This document shows, piece by piece, positions 10,032-17,033 of a stretch of DNA of 39,213 nt. Location: the IMG/VR virus record IMGVR_UViG_2562617057_000005. The stretch is one strand, 5' to 3'. The number at the start of each line of letters is the position of its first letter. Positions within the stretch are counted from its first letter, which is position 1. A program made the position numbers and the translations under genes. Below the pieces are notes generated by a model that ran no database searches, was not told the DNA's origin, and worked only from the letters and a program-made list of their open reading frames with translations. Source of the stretch: a virus. Lineage: Duplodnaviria; Heunggongvirae; Uroviricota; Caudoviricetes.

Positions 10032-10948
10032 TACTGCATGTCCTCCGGGCAGTTGATTTCAGGTTCCGGCTCGGTCAGCCAGGCAGGGATATCGTTACCT
10101 GATGGTGCGGCATCAAGGTCAAACGTCTCACGCAATGCATGAACACTGCGTTCAATCTGACAGACCAGACCGGCCATGAAATCTCTGGGGGTATCAATCA
10201 TGTGTTCAGCACAATATGCGCACAGTGTCTCAAACGCGCCGGACAGCCGGACGGCGACAGCAGATTCCGCCTCAACCGCTAATGCCGTCACTTCCGCCCG
10301 CAGCTTCTTCACCTCTTCATCAGGCTCAGGTGGCTGAATACGGGATTTCTTCTCCAGTCTGGTGGAGAGTGAGTCGATTTTTTCATTTTTGTCGGCGAGA
10401 ACACGCTGTTGTGCTGCGTTGGTTTCGCGCGCTTCACGCAGGGCCTGGCGAAGTTCGCGTACTGACATGCGATCAACGTCGTCAAGCGTCAGATCGGCAA
10501 CTGTGCCGCCGTCGGCCAGTTCGGCAAGGTCTTCATCATCCTCTAACATCAATTCGTACAGTTTTGATCTTCCCAAATGCGAAAACGTTTTCGCTTTTGA
10601 TGTCAGCTCTGGAGATAAAAACTTCAGAGCAGCTTGGGCCATTTTTTGGGCTATTCGTGGCTCAAGGTTCAGCTGTTCTTTGACGATTTGTACGTATTCT
10701 CCATGAGGTTCATTTTCCTTCAGGATAACCAAACGTTTACCTGCCTCCAGCATAGCCTCCGCACTCTGGTCCATATAAAACCGAGTTTCGTGAACGATAC
10801 GATCACGTTCATAGGGCAGGCCGTCGCCGAACTGCTGCATGATCTCCATACGATGCTGTGTCATGACATTCAGGCTGACGTTGAGATCATCAGACAGTGG
10901 CACCTCAGCATTCAGATCAGTGGTCATTGGTGATTTTGTGCGTCCCAT
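10031..10948 (-). CDS. hypothetical early protein (305 aa), acidic central region with predicted coiled coil
   Basis: ORF with AAGGAG ribosome-binding site; acidic stretch EDDEDLAELADGG and heptad-like charged region. No family recognised. Confidence 0.65.
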   Translation of the reverse strand: MGRTKSPMTTDLNAEVPLSDDLNVSLNVMTQHRMEIMQQFGDGLPYERDRIVHETRFYMDQSAEAMLEAGKRLVILKENEPHGEYVQIVKEQLNLEPRIAQKMAQAALKFLSPELTSKAKTFSHLGRSKLYELMLEDDEDLAELADGGTVADLTLDDVDRMSVRELRQALREARETNAAQQRVLADKNEKIDSLSTRLEKKSRIQPPEPDEEVKKLRAEVTALAVEAESAVAVRLSGAFETLCAYCAEHMIDTPRDFMAGLVCQIERSVHALRETFDLDAAPSGNDIPAWLTEPEPEINCPEDMQ

Positions 10949-10958
10949 TGATTACTCC

Positions 10959-11279
10959 TTACAAACGACTACCTGAAATAACACGTTGGTTGATTTCGTT
11001 AATACGATCCTGCGCTCGTGCCATCTCGTTACTGTGGGCCATGGCGATCTGTAGTAACTGGATGCCAGGAGCAAAACGTCCGTTCTCCAGTTTCAGGGCC
11101 AGTCCTTCTTCGATGAGGGTGTTGAGTGCTCGGTTGATGTTTGCCGGTGACTCGTGCAGTGCTGCCGCCAGTTCACCGTTAGAAATACCGTTCAGGGCAT
11201 GACCGCGCAGCGCTTTGAGTACCCGGAGGATGCGACTGCCGGAGCTTGAAACATTCGTCTTACTCATCTTCATCTGCAT
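10959..11279 (-). CDS. putative winged-HTH DNA-binding protein (106 aa)
   Basis: ILRVLKALRGHALNGISNGELAAALHESPANINRALNTLIEEGL resembles MarR/IclR-type wHTH N-termini. Confidence 0.55.
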   Translation of the reverse strand: MQMKMSKTNVSSSGSRILRVLKALRGHALNGISNGELAAALHESPANINRALNTLIEEGLALKLENGRFAPGIQLLQIAMAHSNEMARAQDRINEINQRVISGSRL

Positions 11280-11325
11280 ACCTCTTTTGCGATATGTGAT
11301 AACCTTTTACAAAGACTCAAAATCT

Positions 11326-11514
11326 TTAGGCTGCCTGAGCCGTTGATTTCAGTCCCAGTTTCACGGCGATTTCATGGGATTTACCGTAACGGGCTTTGGT
11401 CTGCCCGTTGAGAACGCGGTATACCTCATTGCGGTTGTAGCCGTTCTCTTCTGCCCAGCGGGTGAAAGTGATCCCGCGCTGGCGGAAGAGAGCTTTGACT
11501 TGTTCTGCAGTCAT
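11326..11514 (-). CDS. Ner-like small DNA-binding regulator (Cro analogue)
   Basis: 62 aa, first gene of the leftward operon, divergent from the repressor; AAGGAG ribosome-binding site; pattern resembles the Mu Ner/Nlp family. Confidence 0.65.
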   Translation of the reverse strand: MTAEQVKALFRQRGITFTRWAEENGYNRNEVYRVLNGQTKARYGKSHEIAVKLGLKSTAQAA

Positions 11515-11614
11515 CGTTGTCTCCTTTGTTGATGCAATGATGTTTGCCTTATGTGTGATAGATTATGGTGCAGATTACCTCACCAGTCAACTTAAAGAGT
11601 GCAGAAAAACTTAC
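11515..11614. promoter_or_regulatory. divergent early/repressor control region (putative operators and promoters)
   Basis: 100-bp gap between the divergent ner-like and repressor genes; contains GTGCAGA twice (about 11568 and 11600). Confidence 0.45.
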
Positions 11615-11953
11615 ATGATCGGGTTACGTATTAAAGAAGAAAGAGAGCGTCTATCTCTTACACAGCAAGGGTTGGCTGATGCTATAGGTGTGGCAAAGAG
11701 AACTTTCATTGATTGGGAAAAAGATCGCACTTCTCCTACTGCAGTGCAGTTATCTGCACTATCAGAAATCGGTGTAGATGTTTTGTATGTAGTTACTGGG
11801 GTGCGGAATCAGCCTGTTGTTGCACCTTATGTGTCACAAGAAAAAAAAGAGTTAATGGATGCATTCGACGAAATGAGCCCCGAACAACGGAGGGCAATTC
11901 TTGAAGTTGGCAAAGTCTTCATTCAACCCAAACCAAGCAAACTCGCAGGCTGA
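11615..11953 (+). CDS. XRE-family HTH repressor (immunity repressor candidate)
   Basis: Internal ATG of track ORF 11462..11953. LSLTQQGLADAIGVAKRTFIDWEKDRTSP is a classic XRE/Cro-C1 HTH. Divergent from the early operon. Confidence 0.75.
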   Translation: MIGLRIKEERERLSLTQQGLADAIGVAKRTFIDWEKDRTSPTAVQLSALSEIGVDVLYVVTGVRNQPVVAPYVSQEKKELMDAFDEMSPEQRRAILEVGKVFIQPKPSKLAG

Positions 11954-12039
11954 TTCTGACCTGGACACAAAGGACAGGTGGTTGATCTGGACGCTTTCAG
12001 AAAGCGCCGTCAGTAGCATGGCAGAAATAGGCTGGCTTA

Positions 12040-12070
12040 CCGGAAAGCATTGCGCTTTCCGGTTCTGTTT
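12040..12070 (+). terminator. putative rho-independent terminator at the repressor/dam convergent junction
   Basis: Stem CCGGAAAGC / GCTTTCCGG with a 5-nt loop, followed by TTCTGTTT; ends at the dam stop codon. Confidence 0.5.
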
Positions 12071-12834
12071 CAGAAGTTGCAGATTACCAGTTCACGGCGC
12101 GGCGTGGGTTTACCTGCCAGACTGTAGTTTATATTCACCGTCTGTATATTCAGTTCAGTGAACACCTCTCGCATCTGTGGGATATCGTTCACCGAAATTA
12201 TCATCTTTCCTTTGATACACCGGGCCAGCTCTGCCAGTCGCGAGTAGTTCCCTTCAGGAAAATCCACACCATAGCCTTCCGTACCCAGGTACGGTGGGTC
12301 GCAGTAGAACAGCGTGTGCGGATGGTCATAACGCTCAATGCACTGTTGCCAGTCCATGTGTTCTATCACCGTTCTGGAAAGTCGCAGGTGTGCCGCTGAG
12401 AGCTCTTCCTCAATACGCAGCAGGTTGAAGCGTGGCGGGGATGTGGTGGAGGTGCCGAAACTATGCTCTGCCACCTTGCCACCAAACGCCTGCTTCTGGA
12501 GGTAGTAGAACCGTGCTGCACGCTGGATATCCGTCAGGGTTTCCTCCGGGGTGATCTGCAGCCATTTGTAGATCTGCCGGCTAACCAGCGCCCATTTGAA
12601 CTGGCGGACAAATTCCTCCAGGTGATGTTTTACCACCCGATACAGATTCACCAGCTCACCGTTGATGTCGTTAATGACTTCGATCCTGCCGGGTGACTTA
12701 AGAAAATAGAGCGCTGCTGCCCCACAGAACGGCTCCACATAACATTCATGCGCCGGAAACAGCGGCAGAATGTGTTTTGCCAGGCGGCGTTTGCCCCCAA
12801 TCCATGGAACGATGGGTAATGTCTGCATTTTCAT
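12070..12834 (-). CDS. DNA adenine methyltransferase, Dam family (orphan, phage-encoded)
   Basis: 254 aa; N-terminus WIGGKRRL...ECYVEPFCGAAALYF parallels E. coli Dam (WAGGK...ECLVEPFVGAGSVF); catalytic DPPY present. Confidence 0.9.
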   Translation of the reverse strand: MKMQTLPIVPWIGGKRRLAKHILPLFPAHECYVEPFCGAAALYFLKSPGRIEVINDINGELVNLYRVVKHHLEEFVRQFKWALVSRQIYKWLQITPEETLTDIQRAARFYYLQKQAFGGKVAEHSFGTSTTSPPRFNLLRIEEELSAAHLRLSRTVIEHMDWQQCIERYDHPHTLFYCDPPYLGTEGYGVDFPEGNYSRLAELARCIKGKMIISVNDIPQMREVFTELNIQTVNINYSLAGKPTPRRELVICNF

Positions 12835-12881
12835 AATCTGTAAGCCTTTTACAATTATTAAAAATATGGCAGGCTAGTCTG

Positions 12882-12893
12882 GTCTCGCGAGAC
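12882..12893. promoter_or_regulatory. perfect 12-bp palindrome GTCTCGCGAGAC in the dam / 89-aa divergent intergenic region
   Basis: Read directly from the sequence; flanked by partial AGTC/GACT symmetry; lies in the 234-bp gap between two divergent genes. Confidence 0.4.
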
Positions 12894-13068
12894 TGACTGA
12901 ACCCTGGTCGGCTCACAGCGCATTCCTGTGGGACGATGGCCAGCCCGGTGGGTCCGAAGCACCGGGCTGGTCGTTCTTTCATGATGCGGCAGGGATAGTG
13001 GGATTTCTGTTGAAGTGGTTTAAGAGTTTGTTGCATGCGGGTAAAGCACCGGAATACCGGAGGTGACC

Positions 13069-13338
13069 ATGAAGGTAACATCTGTCGAAGAGTACATTGA
13101 AATCTGGAGAAAGATGAAAAAACGTGAGGGCAGCCTGTTAGCCAGAGCTGCGCCCTCTATGATACCAGCAGTACTGGGGAATGCAGTAGTCACTCTGATT
13201 AGCCAGAACCAGGCAGTGACAACAGAAAGTATTATCAACTATCTGGAAGAGACAGCTCAGAAATCTCAGGGTACTTTACCTGATAGCTGGTACCAAACGG
13301 CACTGGATTTCCTGAAGGATTCAGTTTCGCAGCAATAA
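13069..13338 (+). CDS. hypothetical 89-aa protein
   Basis: ATG at 13069 with GGAGGTG 5 nt upstream (the track ORF begins at a GTG at 13063). Its 3' end overlaps the convergent 84-aa ORF by about 100 bp. Confidence 0.5.
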   Translation: MKVTSVEEYIEIWRKMKKREGSLLARAAPSMIPAVLGNAVVTLISQNQAVTTESIINYLEETAQKSQGTLPDSWYQTALDFLKDSVSQQ

Positions 13339-13489
13339 TTTCTGTTGCGAAAACCAGCAGGCACAGCCAGTCTTCATCTGCTGCGGTGTATGCAGCATCA
13401 GACATGCACCGCTTCAGTGCTTCCTCGTAAGGTTCATCTACATGGCGGATAAACTGCCATTTTCCGTTTTCTGCCTGTTTCCAGCTCAT
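13235..13489 (-). CDS. hypothetical 84-aa protein
   Basis: ATG with GAGGA 7 nt upstream, downstream of the P-loop gene; C-terminal 30 aa are low-complexity and overlap the + strand ORF. Confidence 0.4.
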   Translation of the reverse strand: MSWKQAENGKWQFIRHVDEPYEEALKRCMSDAAYTAADEDWLCLLVFATEIIAAKLNPSGNPVPFGTSYQVKYPEISELSLPDS

Positions 13490-13564
13490 GGGTATATCCT
13501 CATTCTGCTACCGATGGTAATGACGGGAAAACTTTACTGTTTTCACCTGTTGATGTGGGTGTCT

Positions 13565-13990
13565 TCAGGTTTTGTCCTGGCCCACAATCTTGCGCAATTC
13601 CGCCATCAGGAGTTCCTGGTCGTAAATCGTCATCAGTGCCGCAATGGTGGCATGCAGTGCGTCGGGCAGTGTCCATGGGTTCTGGCCTGTGGGGCATATA
13701 ACATCCAGCAGTGCATTCGTCCGGAGAATGCATCCCTCGCTGTATGACATCGGAGTTTTTTCTGTGTATTCCTCCAGTCGGATAAGTGTACCTGCCCGTG
13801 GTTTCTGCCATGTGCTCAGATCATCCCCACTCATACAGCGCTCACCGTCCACGTCTGCGGCATCGACAATGACGCTGCCTCCGAATTCCTGTTTCACCAC
13901 TTCTTCTATCCGCGCCAGTACGTAACTTTTACCGCTGCCCACAGGACCGGACACGGTGACAGTGATGACCGGATTCGGTGTCTGCGTCAC
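13565..13990 (-). CDS. small P-loop NTPase / kinase-like protein (141 aa)
   Basis: GTG start with AGGAG 8 nt upstream. Walker A GPVGSGKS and Walker B-like VIVDAADVD. Divergent from the late operon. Confidence 0.65.
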   Translation of the reverse strand: MTQTPNPVITVTVSGPVGSGKSYVLARIEEVVKQEFGGSVIVDAADVDGERCMSGDDLSTWQKPRAGTLIRLEEYTEKTPMSYSEGCILRTNALLDVICPTGQNPWTLPDALHATIAALMTIYDQELLMAELRKIVGQDKT

Positions 13991-14120
13991 ATCGTATTCT
14001 CCTCTGTGAATAATTCATCGTTTATCCTGCACATCCCGTATCCCCGGCTCTCTTAACGCGCTTTAAAATCCTTTGCGCCCTGTATTTGTGATGCTGTCTC
14101 CACCAGACAAGGAGACATTC

Positions 14121-14471
14121 ATGAAAAACCTGAAAAAATTCATTCCCCCTGTTAAAAAACCTCGCCTCAGCGGCTGGCTGATGACCTCAGTGCTGTTGCT
14201 GGGCACCATCGCTCTGGTCTCGCCACAGCAGTTGCCTGTTGTGATCTACAAGCTGGCACTCATCACGCTGGCAGCAGTGCTGGGTTACTGGCTTGACCGT
14301 TCGCTCTTCCCCAAAGCCCGTCCCGGTCAGTACCTGAAACATGACGACAGGCTGATGGCTGATGGGCGTTTCCCTGTACAGACCGGCCTTCACCTGGTGT
14401 TTTCTGCTGCGTTAATCCGCCGTGCACTGATTGTTGCAGCGGTCTGTCTGGCTGTTGCGATGGGGCTTTAA
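14121..14471 (+). CDS. putative holin / lysis membrane protein
   Basis: Internal ATG with GGAGA upstream; about 116 aa with three hydrophobic segments; immediately upstream of the endolysin. Confidence 0.55.
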   Translation: MKNLKKFIPPVKKPRLSGWLMTSVLLLGTIALVSPQQLPVVIYKLALITLAAVLGYWLDRSLFPKARPGQYLKHDDRLMADGRFPVQTGLHLVFSAALIRRALIVAAVCLAVAMGL

Positions 14472-14473
14472 TC

Positions 14474-15214
14474 ATGAACTGGCCGCAGATCACCTGGATT
14501 GTATGCATGTCCCTGAAACTGGCTTTCGAAGCCTTTCGGGTCTTCATCAGAACCGAACGCCTGTCAGTCCGCGCAGTGACCTTTCTGGTTCATATGGCAT
14601 GGGTATTCTTTGTCGCAATGTTGCTCTGGTGTGGCGGCTTTTTCAGTCAGGCATCCGCAGCACAGCCTCCGCGAGCTGCCCTGCAGTATCGCGATGATGT
14701 GATCCGTAATGCCCGGCTTGAATGGGGACTGTCTGCGCCGGTGGCCGACTTTGCCGCGCAACTGCATCAGGAAAGCGGCTGGCGACCTGATGCGGTCTCG
14801 CCGGCTGGCGCTCAGGGACTGGCGCAGTTCATGCCTGCCACTGCCGACTGGATAAGCCAGATCGTGCCCGCCCTGCGTAGCCGTCAGCCGTTTAATCCGT
14901 CCTGGGCCATCCGGGCGCTGGTCAGCTATGACCGCTGGCTGTGGGAGCGTGTCAGCGCCGCCAGCGACTGCGAGCGTATGGCCATGACACTGTCAGGCTA
15001 TAACGGTGGCCCGGGCTGGGTGCGTCGTGACCAGCGGCTCGCCGCACATCTGGGGCTGGACAGTCAGCGCTGGTTCGGACATGTCGCCACGGTGAATGCC
15101 GGACGCAATGCGGCCAGCTGGCGGGAGAACCGTCATTATCCGCAGCGCATCCTGCGTGAGCTGGCACCGCGATATCTCACATGGGGGGGCAGCAGCTGTG
15201 TGGCATCTGGTTAA
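14474..15214 (+). CDS. endolysin, lytic transglycosylase (SLT domain) with N-terminal signal-anchor/SAR-like segment
   Basis: QESGWRPDAVSPAGAQGLAQFMP is an SLT catalytic-region motif; hydrophobic N-terminal stretch VTFLVHMAWVFFVAMLLWCGGFF. Exact start uncertain. Confidence 0.8.
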   Translation: MNWPQITWIVCMSLKLAFEAFRVFIRTERLSVRAVTFLVHMAWVFFVAMLLWCGGFFSQASAAQPPRAALQYRDDVIRNARLEWGLSAPVADFAAQLHQESGWRPDAVSPAGAQGLAQFMPATADWISQIVPALRSRQPFNPSWAIRALVSYDRWLWERVSAASDCERMAMTLSGYNGGPGWVRRDQRLAAHLGLDSQRWFGHVATVNAGRNAASWRENRHYPQRILRELAPRYLTWGGSSCVASG

Positions 15215-15848
15215 AAAGCTGCCGTGGCGCGGCATTCTGCTGGCCATTCTTATCAATGCCTTTCTGATCGGCCTGTATGCCATGGGATACAGCAGTGGTC
15301 ATGATGCGGCAAAGCGTGACGGTGATACCGCGCTCAGTCAGTTGCAGTCAGCATTTGACGCGTACAAAACGGAGCAGGTAACGCTTGAGAATGCTGCACT
15401 GCGGGCCTGGGCCAGACGGTATCAGGAGCAGGTAACTGCCGGGCAGCAGGCTGAGGCCGGTTATCTTGAGCAGATTGCTCAACTGGAGAGCCGGAACAAA
15501 CAACTACAGGGGCAAATTAACGATGTCACACAGCGCTGGATTGATGAAAAAGGTAAGAACCATCCCATTGAGTGCGTGTTTACTCGCGGTTTCGTGCGCC
15601 AGTACAACGCCGCGCTCGGATATGACAACGCATCCGTCGACACCGGTCATTCAGACTCAGCTGCCGCCGCTGGCACCGGCACTGGCGCAGCGTCCGGGCA
15701 ACCTGAAACCGCTGACGCCTGGCTACGCGACTCCGGCGTTTCCCAGCGTGACGTCCTCGCCAACATCATCGACAACGCAGGGCAATGTCGTCGCTGGCGA
15801 AACCAGATAAACGCACTGCTGGATGAACGGGAAGGATTACAGAAATGA
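15198..15848 (+). CDS. Rz-like i-spanin
   Basis: GTG start overlapping the endolysin end; N-terminal TM segment then Gln/Ala-rich coiled coil; contains the nested Rz1-like ORF. Confidence 0.7.
   Translation: MWHLVKKLPWRGILLAILINAFLIGLYAMGYSSGHDAAKRDGDTALSQLQSAFDAYKTEQVTLENAALRAWARRYQEQVTAGQQAEAGYLEQIAQLESRNKQLQGQINDVTQRWIDEKGKNHPIECVFTRGFVRQYNAALGYDNASVDTGHSDSAAAAGTGTGAASGQPETADAWLRDSGVSQRDVLANIIDNAGQCRRWRNQINALLDEREGLQK
15544..15810 (+). CDS. Rz1-like o-spanin (lipoprotein) nested in the +1 frame of Rz
   Basis: MKKVRTIPLSACLLAVSC lipoprotein signal with lipobox, then a Pro-rich mature region; wholly embedded in the Rz-like gene. Confidence 0.7.
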   Translation: MKKVRTIPLSACLLAVSCASTTPRSDMTTHPSTPVIQTQLPPLAPALAQRPGNLKPLTPGYATPAFPSVTSSPTSSTTQGNVVAGETR

Positions 15849-16171
15849 CACTGCAGGTTGAATTCTGGACGGTGGTGAGTTTTCTGCTCACCTTCATGGG
15901 GTTTGTGGGAGGGCTCGCCAAATGGTTGTTCAGTAAAACAGAAGAACGCCAGGCGGCACGATTCGCCTCCCTTGAACAGGCCCTGCAACAGTCCGCCTCC
16001 AACTGGGGCGAGCTGGAAAAAGAATTTATGCGATTTAAAGCGGATTTACCGCTGAATTATGTCCGTCGGGAGGATTATATCCGTGGCCAGACAGTTATTG
16101 AGGCCAAACTGGACGCGCTTTACAACAAACTGGAAGTGGTACAGCAGTACCGCAATACCGGAGGTCAATAA
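15845..16171 (+). CDS. hypothetical membrane-anchored protein (108 aa)
   Basis: N-terminal hydrophobic segment FWTVVSFLLTFMGFVGGLAKWLF; AAGGA ribosome-binding site. Confidence 0.55.
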   Translation: MTLQVEFWTVVSFLLTFMGFVGGLAKWLFSKTEERQAARFASLEQALQQSASNWGELEKEFMRFKADLPLNYVRREDYIRGQTVIEAKLDALYNKLEVVQQYRNTGGQ

Positions 16172-16482
16172 TGGTCGATATTACCCGTGTGCGTCGCGAA
16201 TCTCTGCGCTGGAGTTTGTTGGTTGCCCTGAACAAGACCCGCCCTTACACCGCCAGCGAGACGCTGCTGCTGGACGTATCCCGCGCCATCTACCCGGACA
16301 CCACGCAACTGGAGCTGCGCAGGGAGCTTGATTACCTGGCAGATCGCAAAATGGTGGAACTGGAGAGGAGACCTTCCGGTGACTGGTTTGCCGATCTGAG
16401 TCGCCTTGGTGTGGATATTGTGGAATACACCGTGGAATGCGGCCCCGGTATTGCCCGTCCGGAAAAATACTGGAGTGAGTGA
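16171..16482 (+). CDS. hypothetical protein (103 aa)
   Basis: GGAGG 6 nt upstream of the ATG; precedes the terminase genes. Confidence 0.6.
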   Translation: MVDITRVRRESLRWSLLVALNKTRPYTASETLLLDVSRAIYPDTTQLELRRELDYLADRKMVELERRPSGDWFADLSRLGVDIVEYTVECGPGIARPEKYWSE

Positions 16483-16484
16483 TT

Positions 16485-17033
16485 ATGGGACGTCGCAGCA
16501 GTATTGATACCCTCCCGACAGAAGTACGCCGCTGGCTGGAGCGGGCGCTGACAGAGAATAACTTCAGTGGATATGCCCGGCTGGAAGCCCTGCTGAAGGA
16601 AAAAGGGTACGTCATCACCCGCTCTTCCCTGCAGCGGTTCGGATACAAAATGGAGCGACAACTGGCCCGCATCCGCGCCGCCACCGAGGCCGCACGTCTG
16701 ATGGCGCAGGAAGCCGGTGACGAGGCGGACGATCGTTCTGCCGGGATGATGGCACTGATTCAGACCGAGATGCTGGATGTTCTGATGCGTCTGCAGGAAA
16801 TCGGGGAAAATGATGATCCTGCAAAACGCGCAAAACTGCTGGCCACTGCTTCGGAAAGTATAGCCACACTGGTACGGGCTTCGGTGACCCACAAGCGATT
16901 CCGGGCCGAGGTGCTGGCAAAAATTGAGGCGCGGATGAATGCTCTGGAAAAACAGGCGAAGTCCGGCGACACCCGCCTGAGCCTGGAAACCCTGAAGATG
17001 GTGCGGGAACAGATTTACGGGGTGATCTCATGA
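16485..17033 (+). CDS. putative terminase small subunit (Mu gp27-like)
   Basis: Position directly upstream of the large terminase; start set at the ATG two codons after the track's GTG. Confidence 0.6.
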   Translation: MGRRSSIDTLPTEVRRWLERALTENNFSGYARLEALLKEKGYVITRSSLQRFGYKMERQLARIRAATEAARLMAQEAGDEADDRSAGMMALIQTEMLDVLMRLQEIGENDDPAKRAKLLATASESIATLVRASVTHKRFRAEVLAKIEARMNALEKQAKSGDTRLSLETLKMVREQIYGVIS

